64,000 nucleotides of DNA from positions 1,550,001 through 1,614,000 of the forward strand of contig CAVNZM010000005.1 of assembly GCA_963693365.1 (NCBI GenBank), written 5' to 3'. The first letter of the stretch is position 1; each line of letters opens with the position of its first letter. The position numbers were made by a program, and so were the translations under genes. Of the stretch, positions 1 through 19,198 are shown piece after piece. The notes under the pieces were generated by a model. That model saw only the letters and a list, made by a program, of their open reading frames with translations. It was not told the DNA's origin and ran no database searches. Source of the stretch: Amoebidium appalachense. Taxonomy: Eukaryota; Protista; Ichthyosporea.

Positions 1-41
1 TTTTCACACTTGAAACTAACCGAACCACTTTGCATCTGCAG

Positions 42-6693
<6,652 letters not shown>

Positions 6694-8064
6694 TGTGCAT
6701 GCGGTAATGAAATGCAAGAGTGGACATCTTGTTGAGTTTGGCTCCGCCTTTTTTTTTCTTTTTTTTTTCCCCCTTTGATTCTGCATGTTTGTAATTTCCA
6801 TTACCGCAAGTCATCTATGGTTCCTTGTGATAGATGGCCTGTGTTGGGGTGAGGGGCAAAAAGGTTGGTGATTTGTGTGTGGCGGTAGTGGCGGTTTTGG
6901 AGGGGGGGGGGTGGGGGGGGAGGGAGAGGGGAGGGGGGGGGGGGGGGGGATTGGGTAAGAGGGGGACATGATATTTAGACACGAGATGTTTAACCACTTA
7001 ACAGACATACATTTACAACCTTTCCAGTTTTTTAGCAGAACTCTTATATCATAGTTGGTGCACTCAGTGTACTAGTAGTATACATGCGCGGTGTCTGATT
7101 GACTCGTGGTTGTGCACAGGCACCCGTAGTAGGTTAGATGGTGTGCATTTAGAGCTCTGTCTGCCTGTGGAAGGCCGATGCTAGTTCTAGAAAGCAAGAA
7201 AATAGCAGCAGCGCACACGTAGCAGTTAGTTTCTAGAACGTCGAAGGGTGCATGCATATTTAGCAAATAATTGCTAGAACGTAGAAGGGTGTGCACGCCT
7301 AGCAAAGGTTTTTTTTGGTTTTTTTTTTTTAAGGGAAATATGAGAAGCGCAAACATAAATCGAGCTTCTAAAGGATACGCGCACATGTCAGACAGTTAGG
7401 TTTTCTAAAAATGATGGAGGATCTGCACATAGCAGTGAGTTTCTAGATCATGTGACTTGTGATCTCCATAAGCAAGCAGTGGGTTGTAACATATGAGGGG
7501 TGCATGCAACCCCAGAGAGATGTGCGGCAGCCGCACAGAATAAAGGTGCAGTGGCTGCTCGAAGGGTGATGGTGTGGCCAGCATAGTGCCGCCCCCCCCC
7601 CCCACCCCCCCCCCACCCCCCCCCCACCCCACCCACAGCTACAGAGAGAAAGGCCAAGAGAAACACTGCACACACACACGCCTGCGCACTGAGAGACACA
7701 CGCACACATGCAAGCACACACAGCTTTAGAGAGAGGGGGCGAGAAACACTGCGCGCGCACACACACGCACTGAGAGACCCCCCCCCCCCGCCCACACACA
7801 CACACACACACAAATACATGTCGCATGGCTTCCCCCTTCCTTTCCCCTCCGCATGTGCTCGACATGTGCAACACAGCACACACACCATGCTCAAGTTGGG
7901 ACGTGGTCTGAGGTGTCCTTCCCTCCCCCCCCTTTTCCGCGCACACACACACACACACACACACCACCACACACACAAAAAAAACCCACACGCGCATGCT
8001 CTGAGGATAAATGTCAGACACGGTTGAACACAGCAAGCCAGACTTCAAGGGCTGGCACCAAAAG

Positions 8065-8070
8065 TTTATT
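8065..8070 (-). promoter_or_regulatory. Candidate polyadenylation signal (AATAAA) of the myosin gene
   Basis: tttatt on the + strand about 165 nt downstream of the myosin stop codon. Confidence 0.4.
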
Positions 8071-8235
8071 CACAATTCGATCAGACTAACATACTTACGA
8101 ATTAAATCACAATATTCGCGTAGGGGAAGCGGGTATGCCACCCACCATATATGTCTAACTACTATCTAGTGTACCCAACAATCTACCTAACATGTACGGC
8201 ACAAGCACTAATCGGGCATCCTAATAATTGCACGC

Positions 8236-8949
8236 TTAGGCCTCGACGGGCTCCTCGGCCACATCGTCCTCGGCCTTCTGGGAGCGGTTCTGGCGAGAGC
8301 GGCTCAGGCGCTGGGCACGGCTCTGGACGGAGGTCAGCTGGGAGCGCAGCTGCTCGGCCATCTCGGTGGCCTCGTTGACCTCGTTCTGCAGGCGGCGGTT
8401 TTTCTGGCGCAGGCTGGTGACCTCGGCCTCCAGCTCCTCGGAGACATTTGTCAGGTTGCGCACCTTGGAGTTGATGCGGTCGAAGTTGGCCTTGTGCTCT
8501 GCCGCGGCCTTCTCGCTGTCCTCCAGCTGGTGCTGCAGCTCCTTGAGCTTGCGGTCCACGCGCTTGTTCTTGTTGGCCAGGTCCGTGCTCTTGCGCACCT
8601 CGGCATCCAAGTCGCCTTGCAGGCTGGCCACCCGCTGCTCCAGGGGCACCAGCTTGGTGCGCACCTTCTTCTCGGCATCGGCAACGGCTGCCTCCAGCTG
8701 GTTCTTGAGGTCGGCACACATGCGCTCGGCCGCCTGCGCCTTGCTCTCGAACCTGCCGGCATTCTCCTTCTCGGCCTGCGCAGTGTGGTTGGCAGCATCG
8801 AGATCGAGAAGGGCCTGCAGGGAGCAAAGGGGTTAGATCGAGTCACAGGTTGCACACTGCAAAAACATTCGCCTGCTATGACACTACAAATCGATTTTCG
8901 ATTTGGATAGAAGACGTCTTCATGCATTGAATAAGGGGGGGGAGGGTGT

Positions 8950-8988
<39 letters not shown>

Positions 8989-9026
8989 TACAAACCGATT
9001 CGGATGGAAGTCTTCATGCATTGAAT

Positions 9027-9058
<32 letters not shown>

Positions 9059-9170
9059 GAAAGACTAAAGTGATAGCCCGCTTCTGGAGTACGTGTGCTT
9101 CATGTGTTCACGTAGAAGCCAGGAGATGGTTTTGAGTCTTGGGAGAAGGGGGGGAGGGGAGGGGAGCAAA

Positions 9171-9210
<40 letters not shown>

Positions 9211-9366
9211 CAAGAAAGTGTAACTCAAGAAACTGCAGCCAAGCTTGCTTGAAGACAGTACAGACTATCAACGCAGGAAGGTAGAGCTTGAGGGAGGGGG
9301 GTGGTGGTGTTGGAGAAAAAGTGGGAGACAAAGGGTGAGGTGAGGTGGGATGTGTGTGTGGGTTTG

Positions 9367-9399
<33 letters not shown>

Positions 9400-10298
9400 G
9401 GTTACCTTTCTGCACCGGTCATTTGTGGCCTCCAGCTCGATCTCCATCTCCTCGTGCTCCTCCTTGAGGGTGGCAAGCTCGCCGTCCACACGGCGCTTGG
9501 CTTCAGCCAACTGGGCAAGCTGGGCCCGGATGCTGTCAAGCTCACCCAGAGCCTCGTCACGGGCAGCCTCGGCAGACTTGCGGGCGCGGTCGCTCTTCTC
9601 GAGAGTGGCAGTCAGCTGGGAGACCTCCGAGGCCAGGGACGCGGCCTTCTTCTCAACGTCGCGCAGGTGGTTCTGGGCATCGGCAACCTGGGCACGGGCC
9701 TCGTCGGCCTCGGTCTGGTAGTCCTTGGCCAGCTGGGCGGCCTTCTTGCTCTGCTTAATGGCCTCCTCCTTCTGCTTGTCGGACTCGTCCAGGGCGCTGT
9801 GGGCCTCGGCAAGGTCGCTCTCCATCTTCTTGGTCTTGGACGCCAGCGTGGCCTTGGTGCGGCGCTCCTCCTCAAGCTCCTCCTCGCGGTCGCGCAGCTG
9901 GCGGATCAGACCCTTGCGGGCCTCCTCGATCTTCTCGTCCCTCTCTGCGTTGTCCCGGTCCATCTGCTGCTTGAGGGCCTGGATGGACACCTCCAGGCGC
10001 ACCTTGGCATCCTCGCAGGCCTGCAGCTCGTCCTCGAGCTCCTCCATCTCGGTCTTCTGCTCCTCAAGCATCGTCTCCAGCGACCGCTTGGCCTTTTCAA
10101 GGTTGGCCACGTACGAGGCATCCTTGTCGCTGCTGCTCTTAAGAGACTCGAGATCGGCCTGTGGGGAAAAGTCCTCATCAGTAACTGGCACCAGAGAGAG
10201 GGAGGGGCAAACAGTGACGAACCAATCATTCAAAGTGCACAAATCTCGGGGTTGGTTAGAGACGGTGGGGGAAGTATAGTGGCTTTTTTTTTTTTTTT

Positions 10299-10341
<43 letters not shown>

Positions 10342-10366
10342 AAAAGGCATGGGAAGTGAAAAGGGT

Positions 10367-10428
<62 letters not shown>

Positions 10429-11367
10429 GACAGCTAACCTTGAGGATCTGGTTGTCCTTCTTGAGCTGGGCAACCTGAGCATCAAGCTCCTGGTTCTTGG
10501 CCTTGAGCTGGTAGACCTCACCACCCAGGCGGGAGGCATCGGCCTGGGCCTGCGAGCGCTCAGCCTCGGCCTGCTCGACAGCAACCTTCTGTTCAGCGAC
10601 CGTGGCCTCGGCCTTCTTGACCCGCTTGCTGGCATTCTGCAGCTCGTTGCGGGCCGCACTCAGGGCGTTGTTGAGGTCCTCCATCTCCGCCTGGATGCGG
10701 GTGTTGGTGGACACCAACTTGGACTTTGCGGCTTGCGCCTCGTTAAACTGCTCCGTCAACTCGGCAAGGTCACGCTGTGGGGAAAGAAGCAAGCTGTTAG
10801 CAAGTAGAAACCGGTGATGGCACTCAAAACGAGGGGCTAGTGATCCCAAAAGCATCAGCTAGTGAACCCAAAAGCATCAGCACAGCCAAGAAACGTCGAT
10901 ATGGGCGCTACACGTGGACTAGTCGGTACCAAGCAAATACACACCTGCATCTTCTTCTTGCCGTTGTCGGTCTCCTCGAGGGCCTGGCGCTGCTGCTCAA
11001 GCTTGCTCTTGAAGTCATCGACCTGGGCCTTGAGCGAGGACATGGCGCGGTCCTGGCTCTCCTTCTCCTGGTCCTTCTCAACAAGCAACTCGCGCAGCTC
11101 GTCGGTTTCAAGCTCACTAGCCTTGACCTTGGCTTGCAGGGCCAGCTTCTGACGGGTCTCCTCCTCAAGCATAGCCTGAAGCTCCTCGATCTTGGACTGT
11201 GCAATCTTGCGGTCGCGCTCTAGGTTGGTAAAGGCCTGGTCCTTCTCGTCGTACTTCTTGGTCAAGGCCTCGGCTTCGGTTGTAAGCTTAGCCACTTGAG
11301 CAGTTGCCTATAGAGATAGATGTTAAGTTAGCAAAATGGTTGAGCGATAACAAGAAATGGACAGGAA

Positions 11368-11405
<38 letters not shown>

Positions 11406-11515
11406 CTGTGCAGTGAAGTCAAAAACCGTTTATCAGAGGAAAAAAAGAGGTTTATCTTTATTTTATTTTTATATTTATTTTATTTATTTATTATTTTTTT
11501 CTTTTTTTTTCTTTT

Positions 11516-11560
<45 letters not shown>

Positions 11561-11642
11561 TACGTACGCAGTAAATGGTGCCATATTTCATGTTCAAAAC
11601 AGAGGCTAAACGAAACTGAGAGACCAAGGGAAGGGTGGCGTG

Positions 11643-11702
<60 letters not shown>

Positions 11703-12452
11703 GGGAAGGGGGCACTGCCTCCATATTTCAGGAAAGATAAACATACATACCTCAGTAAGCTTTCTGTCGGTTTCCTGCAACTTGCTCTGGCTGTCGGCCA
11801 GCTGCACATCCACAGCCTTCTTCTTTTTGTCGAGGTCCAGGCGGGCCCTTGACTCAGTGTCAAGCTTAACAGTGGTCTGATCGAGGGTCTCTTTCATGGC
11901 AGCCAGTTTCTTCTCCACATCAGCCTTGGCTTTGGAGAGGGTTTCGAGCTCGCTGTCCTTGGCCTCGGTCACTTGCTGCAGGCGCTTCTTCATGTCGGTG
12001 GTGTCCCGTTCATTCTGCTCGGTGAGGTCCTGGAATTTCTTCTGCAGGGTGGCAAGCTCGGCCTCGCGCTTGGCGCGCATGTCGGACTGGGCAGCACCCA
12101 TGGAGGCCTTGTCCTCGATGATGGCCTCGAGGCTCTTGACCGTGGCATCCAGGTCACCCTTCTCCTTCTTGAGCTTGCCAACGGTGGCCTGCTCGGCCTC
12201 CAGCTCCTCGTGCAGTAGCTCGACCTGGCTCTGGAGCTCCCGGCGCTCGCGCTCGACCTTGGACGACTTGGCCTTTTCCTCCTCCAAAGCCGCCTGAAGA
12301 ACAGGTTGTGTTAGGTGGATATAACCTAGAGGGCATAAACATTCACTAAACTCAGAGGGACTCTCTTGATTGAATCCTTCCCCCCCTTCCCCCCCTCCCC
12401 CCCCCCCCCCCCCCCCCCCACCAAAAAAAAACTAAAAAAAACTCAACACACG

Positions 12453-12506
<54 letters not shown>

Positions 12507-12597
12507 GCACCTTCGTATCCCCACCCCGCACCTGTCAGGTCTCCAAACTACCCTAGGAAGATGATATCCTGGGAAAATGGCTTAAACAGCACGGTAA

Positions 12598-12629
<32 letters not shown>

Positions 12630-12662
12630 ACCACCACCCTCACCCCACCCCCACCCCACTCC

Positions 12663-12700
<38 letters not shown>

Positions 12701-13636
12701 TTCCCTACAATAAGCCAGAGCAGACCGTAACGTTCACTAACCTGGGTGTCAGCAAGGTCCTTGATCTTCTTGGCCAACTCGGCCTCAAGCTCGGCCACAC
12801 GCTTCTCGAGCTGCTCGATGCGCTCCTTGAGCTGGCTAATGTCCATTTCCAACTTGCGCTTTGTGTTGGACAGGTCTGCACGCTCGCGCTCCGTCTGCAG
12901 CAGCTTAGCCTCGGTCTCCTCGAGGGTGGAGTCGGTCTTGGCCTTGGCCTTCTGCAGGGCCTTCAGCTTGTCCTCAGTGGCAGCCAAATTGGCCTGGGTG
13001 CTGGTGAGGGAGGCTTCCAGGTTGGATTTCTCCTTCGACAGCTTGGCATTGGTGTCCCTCTCAGCATCAAGAGAGCCCTGCAGTGAAAAATGACATAAGC
13101 ACATCTACAAGGGTAGTTGGCAAGATAGCTTGCATGAGCAATTGGCAAGATAGCTTGCATGAGCGGGGCATCCAAAGGAGACTATTGGGTCGGAATTGTT
13201 TGCAACTTCGTAAATTGGTGAGAGAGGGTATTCGGGGGTGCCAGACACTTGCCTGAGTGGCCTTGACTTTCTCCTCCAAAGAGGCCTTCTCGGCAGTCAG
13301 CTTGTCTGCCCGCTCCTTGGTCTCTGTCAGCTCATCAGTGAGGGCATCCTTCTCCGCCAAAAGCTTCTTCTTCTCAATCTCGAGGGCATCGGACTTGGCT
13401 GACTCCTCCTCAAGGCGGTCCTCCAAGCTCTCAACGTCCTTAATGAGCTGCTGGGTGCGCGTCTGGAGCCGGTCAATCGTGTCGTTGCAGACATCCAGCT
13501 CACCCTGAACTTTGCTGAGGTCACTCTGCAAGGATTCAGATGTTAGTATTATAGAAGATGATTAAGGGTATACAGAGAACAAAGACGCAAAAAAAAAAAA
13601 AAAATATATAGAAATTTTTCTTCTTCTTCTTCTCCT

Positions 13637-13669
<33 letters not shown>

Positions 13670-14306
13670 TTTTTTTTGAGGGGGGGGGGGGGGGGGGGGA
13701 GGAAGGGAGGGAAAGGGGTAAGCTCAAAATCGAAAACAGCCAATGTTTCCCTTTCAAGATTAGGAGCCACCTCATCGAAGAAACGAGTAACAAAAAGTAA
13801 TGGGCCTCACACCTTCAACTGGCTCTTTTCAACATTCAGCGCATCAAACTCCTTGTGGAGGTCCTCGTTCTTCTTGGTCGAGTCGTCGAGCTTCTTCTTG
13901 GTGTCCTCGAGCTCGCGCTTGATGGCATCCTCCTGCGTGACCTTAAGCAGGGGCTGCACACGCACGAACAGCTTCCACCATGACCACGACCGGAGCATGA
14001 GATACTTGCGGCAATTGCGCTGAATGACGGTGACAGCCACCTCGTGATTGGTCATGCGGCGGTAGGCCTTGCGGGCCAGGTAGCCTTGGCAACGGGCCTG
14101 CAGGTTGCGCACGATGCTTGAAAGCTTCTCGTCACGCATTTCCTCCAGCTGGCCCAACACACCAGAGCGGAAGAAGATTTTCGAAGAGCCTGTAGAGGGC
14201 AAACAATAAAGTTAGAAGTGTCGTTTATGCATTGATTACAATTGGAAACCGTGCATTCCAACTAAGAACCAACGCAAACATTAGCCTCTATCCCCTCCCC
14301 CCCCCC

Positions 14307-14337
<31 letters not shown>

Positions 14338-15481
14338 ACTCCCTCCCTACCCCCCTCCCCCCCGAGGGAAGAAAAAAAGAGAGAGCAAAGAAAGCACCAT
14401 CCCCGCCATCATATGGAACCTAATGAGAGCCCCAGAAGATCCCCCCCCCCCCCACTCCCTCCTACCCCCCTCCCCCCCGAGGGAAGAAAAAAAGAGAGAG
14501 CAAAGAAAGCACCAACCCGCCATCATATGGAACCTAATGAGAGCCCCAGGAGATACGTCGACTAGGGGCAAGGACTTACCGATGCGGAAGTTGTCCTTGT
14601 CAAGCTGCAGGCCCTCCAGGATCTTTTCACAGGCTTTGCGGCCGTCCATGAAGCCACGAGGAACCGCCCCAGGGGCAAGAATCTCGTAGCGCTGCTTGAA
14701 ATCCTGGAACAGCACACGGTTGGGGAAACCCTTGCGGCAAATACGGATGCCCTCGAGCACACCGTTGCACCGAAGCTGGTCAAGGACAAGGTTGACGGCA
14801 ATCTTGCCAGGCTTCTTCTCATGGTTGGGGATAATGCAACGGACAAAGTGAGGAGATGTGCTGCGCAGGGTGGTCATGAGATTGTTCAGCGCGTCACGGT
14901 AGAGCTGGCCAACAGTTCTCATCGAGCCACCACGCCTGGCCCGTGCAGCCTCACCCTCGGCCACATCACGGAAGAGGTATCTCATGAACTCGTCCGTTGA
15001 TTTGGACAGGAGCTCCGTAATGTTGTCGTTCAGAGGGTCGGTGTTCTTGATCAGCCAGCCATCACAGGAGTACTCCACCCCACTGGCGTAGTGCTCAACC
15101 TGGAAGCCCGGCACGTCACGCTTGATCTTGCCGCCGAGCTTGGAGAACTTGGGGGTCTTGCCTTCATGGGTCTTCTCCAGCTTTTCGACGAATGACTGGT
15201 CACTCGAGCCTGTAAAAAGGAGCTAGATTAATCGGTGGTCATTCCGGGGTATACAACAGATCACATAGTTCGGACTACTACTTGATGGGTGTTTGAAAGC
15301 CGTGGAATGTGGAGAGAGATGCTCCTACATTACCGCCCCCCAGGAGAGGAGAGGGGGGGGGGGGGGGGGTTGGTTGGTTGGCTGGCTAGAGGGTGCCAAT
15401 AGAGAGGGGGTGTGCATGTGTGTGCACATATTCTCTTCTTTGGGTAAGTGGGTGGGTGGGTGGGTGGGTGGATGTGTGTGT

Positions 15482-15514
<33 letters not shown>

Positions 15515-16983
15515 GTTGTTGGTTTGTTGGTTGGTTGCCTAGGGGGTGCCAATACAGAGAGGGTGTGCATGTGTGTGCAGATCTTCTCTTCTTTGGGTAA
15601 GTGGGTACCCACGGGTGGGTGGGTGTGGGGGAGGGGGGGGAGGGGGGGAGGGGGGAGGGGGGGGGGGGAGGGAAAGCAGAAAGGGATGGCAGGGGGAGAC
15701 AGGTCTGCGTTGTGTTAGAGAATAGGATACATACGTGGCAGCAGGTAGCACTCCTCGTCAAGGAGTGAGAGGATGCCCATGGGCTTCTCGATAAGATCGA
15801 TGCAGGGCTGCAGGTCGAGGCCGAAGTCAATGAATGTCCACTCGATACCCTCGCGCTTGTACTCCTCCTGCTCGGTGATGAACATGTGGTTGTTGAAGAA
15901 CTGCTGCAGCTTCTCATTGGTGAAATTGATGCAGAGCTGCTCGAAGGAGTTGATCTTGAAGATCTCAAACCCGGCAATATCCAAAATGCCAATAAAGGTG
16001 GCCGATGCACGACGGGTGTCAAGTGCCTTGTTGATCTTCTCGACAATCCACAAGAACAGCCTTTCGTAGATGCCCTTGGAAATGGCATTCACAGCGGAAA
16101 CCACCTGGTCAGCTCGCTGGGCCTTGGTGACGACATCGCGGCCCACCTGTGGCAAAGAATCATTTAATTAATACCCTTCAAACACTTGCAGAAACTGGCC
16201 CTTTTGGCAACGCAACAGGGTTTATCTATGGCTTATTAAGTTATAAATGTACACTTTAACAGGTATCTACATGCAAAAAAGAGGTGCCAGCGTTTCAAAA
16301 CGTACCTTCATTCTTGGCTTGAGCAGGGCCTTAGTGTAGTCGGACAAGGGAATGCCGAACAGCTTGCACACCATTGCGGCCTTGGAGTCGTCTGGGAGCT
16401 GTGCCTGGTCGCTTCTGTCATTGACAAACTTCATCTGGCTGCACTTCATGATGCCACCGAGTACCTATGGGTAGGCAGTCCAATCAGCCAACTCCTCAAT
16501 AACAGCAGGACAGGTAGAAGGGGACACAACAACGGACAGAAGCAGAAATACCAGCCACAAAAGTGCACGTATTGGCAGTTTATCATCAGCAAGTCCTACC
16601 TTGAAAATGGCTTTCTGCTCAGCAGGTGAAATGCCGACAGTGGTCATGGCGGAAAGCATGTCCTTGAACTCGGACACGTCGTCGATGCCATCCACCTTCT
16701 GGGAGCTGGGGTCGGAGATATAAGGAATATCCTCGATGCTGTCCAGCATAAACTCGGCTGTTTAGGGTAACATGTTGAAGGTCAGTCTAATAGTCAGCTC
16801 CATGAAGGAGAAGGAATCAAGAAGGAGGAGATAGCAAGAAAGAAGCAGACATACATACTGCATGGAAGGCACAGATCCACACTCCATGAACACATTGTGC
16901 ATACATATTCCGACATACGAGCAAGCAATGTAAACTCGGCAGGTGGTTGGTGTGTGTGTGTGTGTGTGTGTGTGGGGGAGGGG

Positions 16984-17031
<48 letters not shown>

Positions 17032-17275
17032 TGTGGCAGGGGATGGCTGGCAGAGGTTGGTGTTAGGAATGGGTGGGGCTTGGGGTGTGTTTTTCTTTCT
17101 TTCTTTTTTTTGGGGGGGGGGGTGGGGGGAGGGGGGGGGGGATTGTGTTACACAGTCCGCAGGAAAAAAAACTCATGCAAACCAAAAAACACGAGGAATT
17201 GTCCACATTTCGTCTCCCTACTACTTTTTGTGGGTACGTTTTTGGGGGTAAGGAGGGGGGAAAGCGGGCGCCGGG

Positions 17276-17310
<35 letters not shown>

Positions 17311-17395
17311 GGATGCCACACAGTCTGGCAGCGTGTGTGTGCAAATATGGTCGGAGTATCTTGTGTGTGTGTGTGCTCGGGCACGTGTATGGGGT

Positions 17396-17444
<49 letters not shown>

Positions 17445-17534
17445 AGTTGAGATCGGCCAAAAGGAGTGTAGGCTGTTTGAAGCAAATCAGCAGGAAATGG
17501 GTGCCCAACAGACAACAAAGTGAATACCGGTGGG

Positions 17535-17571
<37 letters not shown>

Positions 17572-19198
17572 GGGGGAGGGGAGGGGAGGGGAGGGGAGGG
17601 GGAGGGGGAGGGGGAGGGCTGGGAGGGGGGGGGGGGAGGGGGGGGTCAAAACCATTGTGTAGGCACCTGCTTACTAAATCTCGCAGTTATATCAACAACA
17701 GATATAGTTTTCACAGACACCACAAAATAAAGAGCAGCCACACACCTCTCTCCTCTGCTGATGCCGACTTGAGCAACTGGTAGAAGATGTGGAAGTTGCG
17801 CTCATTTTGACCCTGAGCCACAGCACGAGATTTCTCAAGCAGGTACGTCTCAATGTTACCACCGGAAATATAGCCAGACCGGTCGAACTCGATGCGAATG
17901 AATTTTCCCTGTGAGTTTATGTTAGTTACGTGGGGCTCCGAACAGCACCCAAGAGGAAGGATGTTGGCTGTATTACAGCAAAGCCAAGCAAAAAACACAC
18001 AACTAGTGGCAGCGAAACTAGTTTGGGTACAGCTCACCCGTGCTGCACCAGAAGCATAAGGAGCAGCAGAAGACCAGCATACAAAAAAGGTGATAAAAGA
18101 GGACTTACGAAACGGGAAGAGTTGTCGTTTTTGATGGTCTTGGCGTTACCGAAAGCCTCCAGGACAGGGTTGCACTGCAAAAGCTGCTGCTCTAGCGTAG
18201 CCTGGCTCTGGCCCTGTGATGATCCGGCAGCGATCGTGGCAAGGTACTGAATAACCTTCTTTGTGTTTTCGGTTTTGCCAGCACCAGACTCGCCCGTAAT
18301 CAGAATGGACTGATTCTCACGGTCTTGAAGCATGTCACGGAAGGCAGTGTCGGCGATGTTGTAGACGTGAGGCGGGAGCTCCTGACGGCGCCTGCCCTTA
18401 TAGGCGTTGACTATCTCGTTGGTGTAAATGGGAAGCCGCTTGTAGGGGTTGACAACGACACAGAAGAGGCCAGAGTAGGTCTAAGGGGGGGACAAAGGTT
18501 AGAATCACCGACGGAACACCTGGTACACTGTTAATGTGCTAGTGAAGCTTTTTTACGCACTGAGCACAGATCTTGTTTAGATGTTAATGTACGCAGCCTT
18601 TTCGAGGTAAAGTAGCACTTGTACAATTAGCTACTTATTAGAGAGCCTCGGAGCCTACCACAAATGCAGAAAAGCAAGTGCTCGATTGATAGCGGAAACC
18701 TAGACATTTATCTTATTCGAGGATTGATAGTCAGCCGGACTTATCATTCGAGTCGTTTGGAAAGTGTGGGAAAGGGAAGGTGAAGCCAGGGCAAGTGATT
18801 GCAGCAGCGGAACTGCTGGACGAACATAACTACAAAATCCCAAACTTTCAAAAGTGGGAACTTACATAAATGAGGTTGGACTGGTAGCGGCGTCTCAGGT
18901 TGTCCAGCACAGCAGGCTCGTTCAGGTACGCTAGCTCTGCCATGTCCTCCACCTTGTCGAACTTGGGAGGATTCATCTTGAAAGTGTCGTTGATGTTGAC
19001 GTCTTTGGTTGACCCGTTTGCGAGCTTGACGGTGAGGAAGTCGCCTTTATCGGCAATAATATTGGCGGCAACGAACCCCTCCTGCTCGTCTCTCACCCAG
19101 ATCCATTTTTGTGCCGTCCACTCAGCCTGGGCAGCTGCATCTGCCATAGACAGCTTTTCGATCTGGAGGAGCTTCAGGCTTACGTCTTCGGCAGCCAT
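8236..19198 (-). CDS. MYH9/10-like: Myosin II heavy chain (conventional, non-muscle/smooth-like), 15 coding exons, about 1928 aa
   Basis: Exons 18866-19198, 18109-18480, 17746-17908, 16600-16757, 16306-16464, 15735-16146, 14580-15209, 13813-14189, 13253-13525, 12742-13077, 11751-12293, 10945-11307, 10439-10774, 9406-10158, 8236-8814 sum to 5787 nt in frame. P-loop [54 protein letters not shown] motifs, WSWWKLF, long heptad coiled-coil tail. Confidence 0.97.

Noticed and set aside
9207-9250. Extra myosin exon ([12 protein letters not shown]) before a second gtaacc-like donor
   Set aside because: The coiled-coil sequence NDRCRK-ALLDL is continuous with myosin II tails without it.
8366-13508. 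Long + strand ORFs overlapping the myosin tail (e.g. 9301-10359, 11896-12297)
   Set aside because: Antisense shadows of GC3-rich myosin exons.
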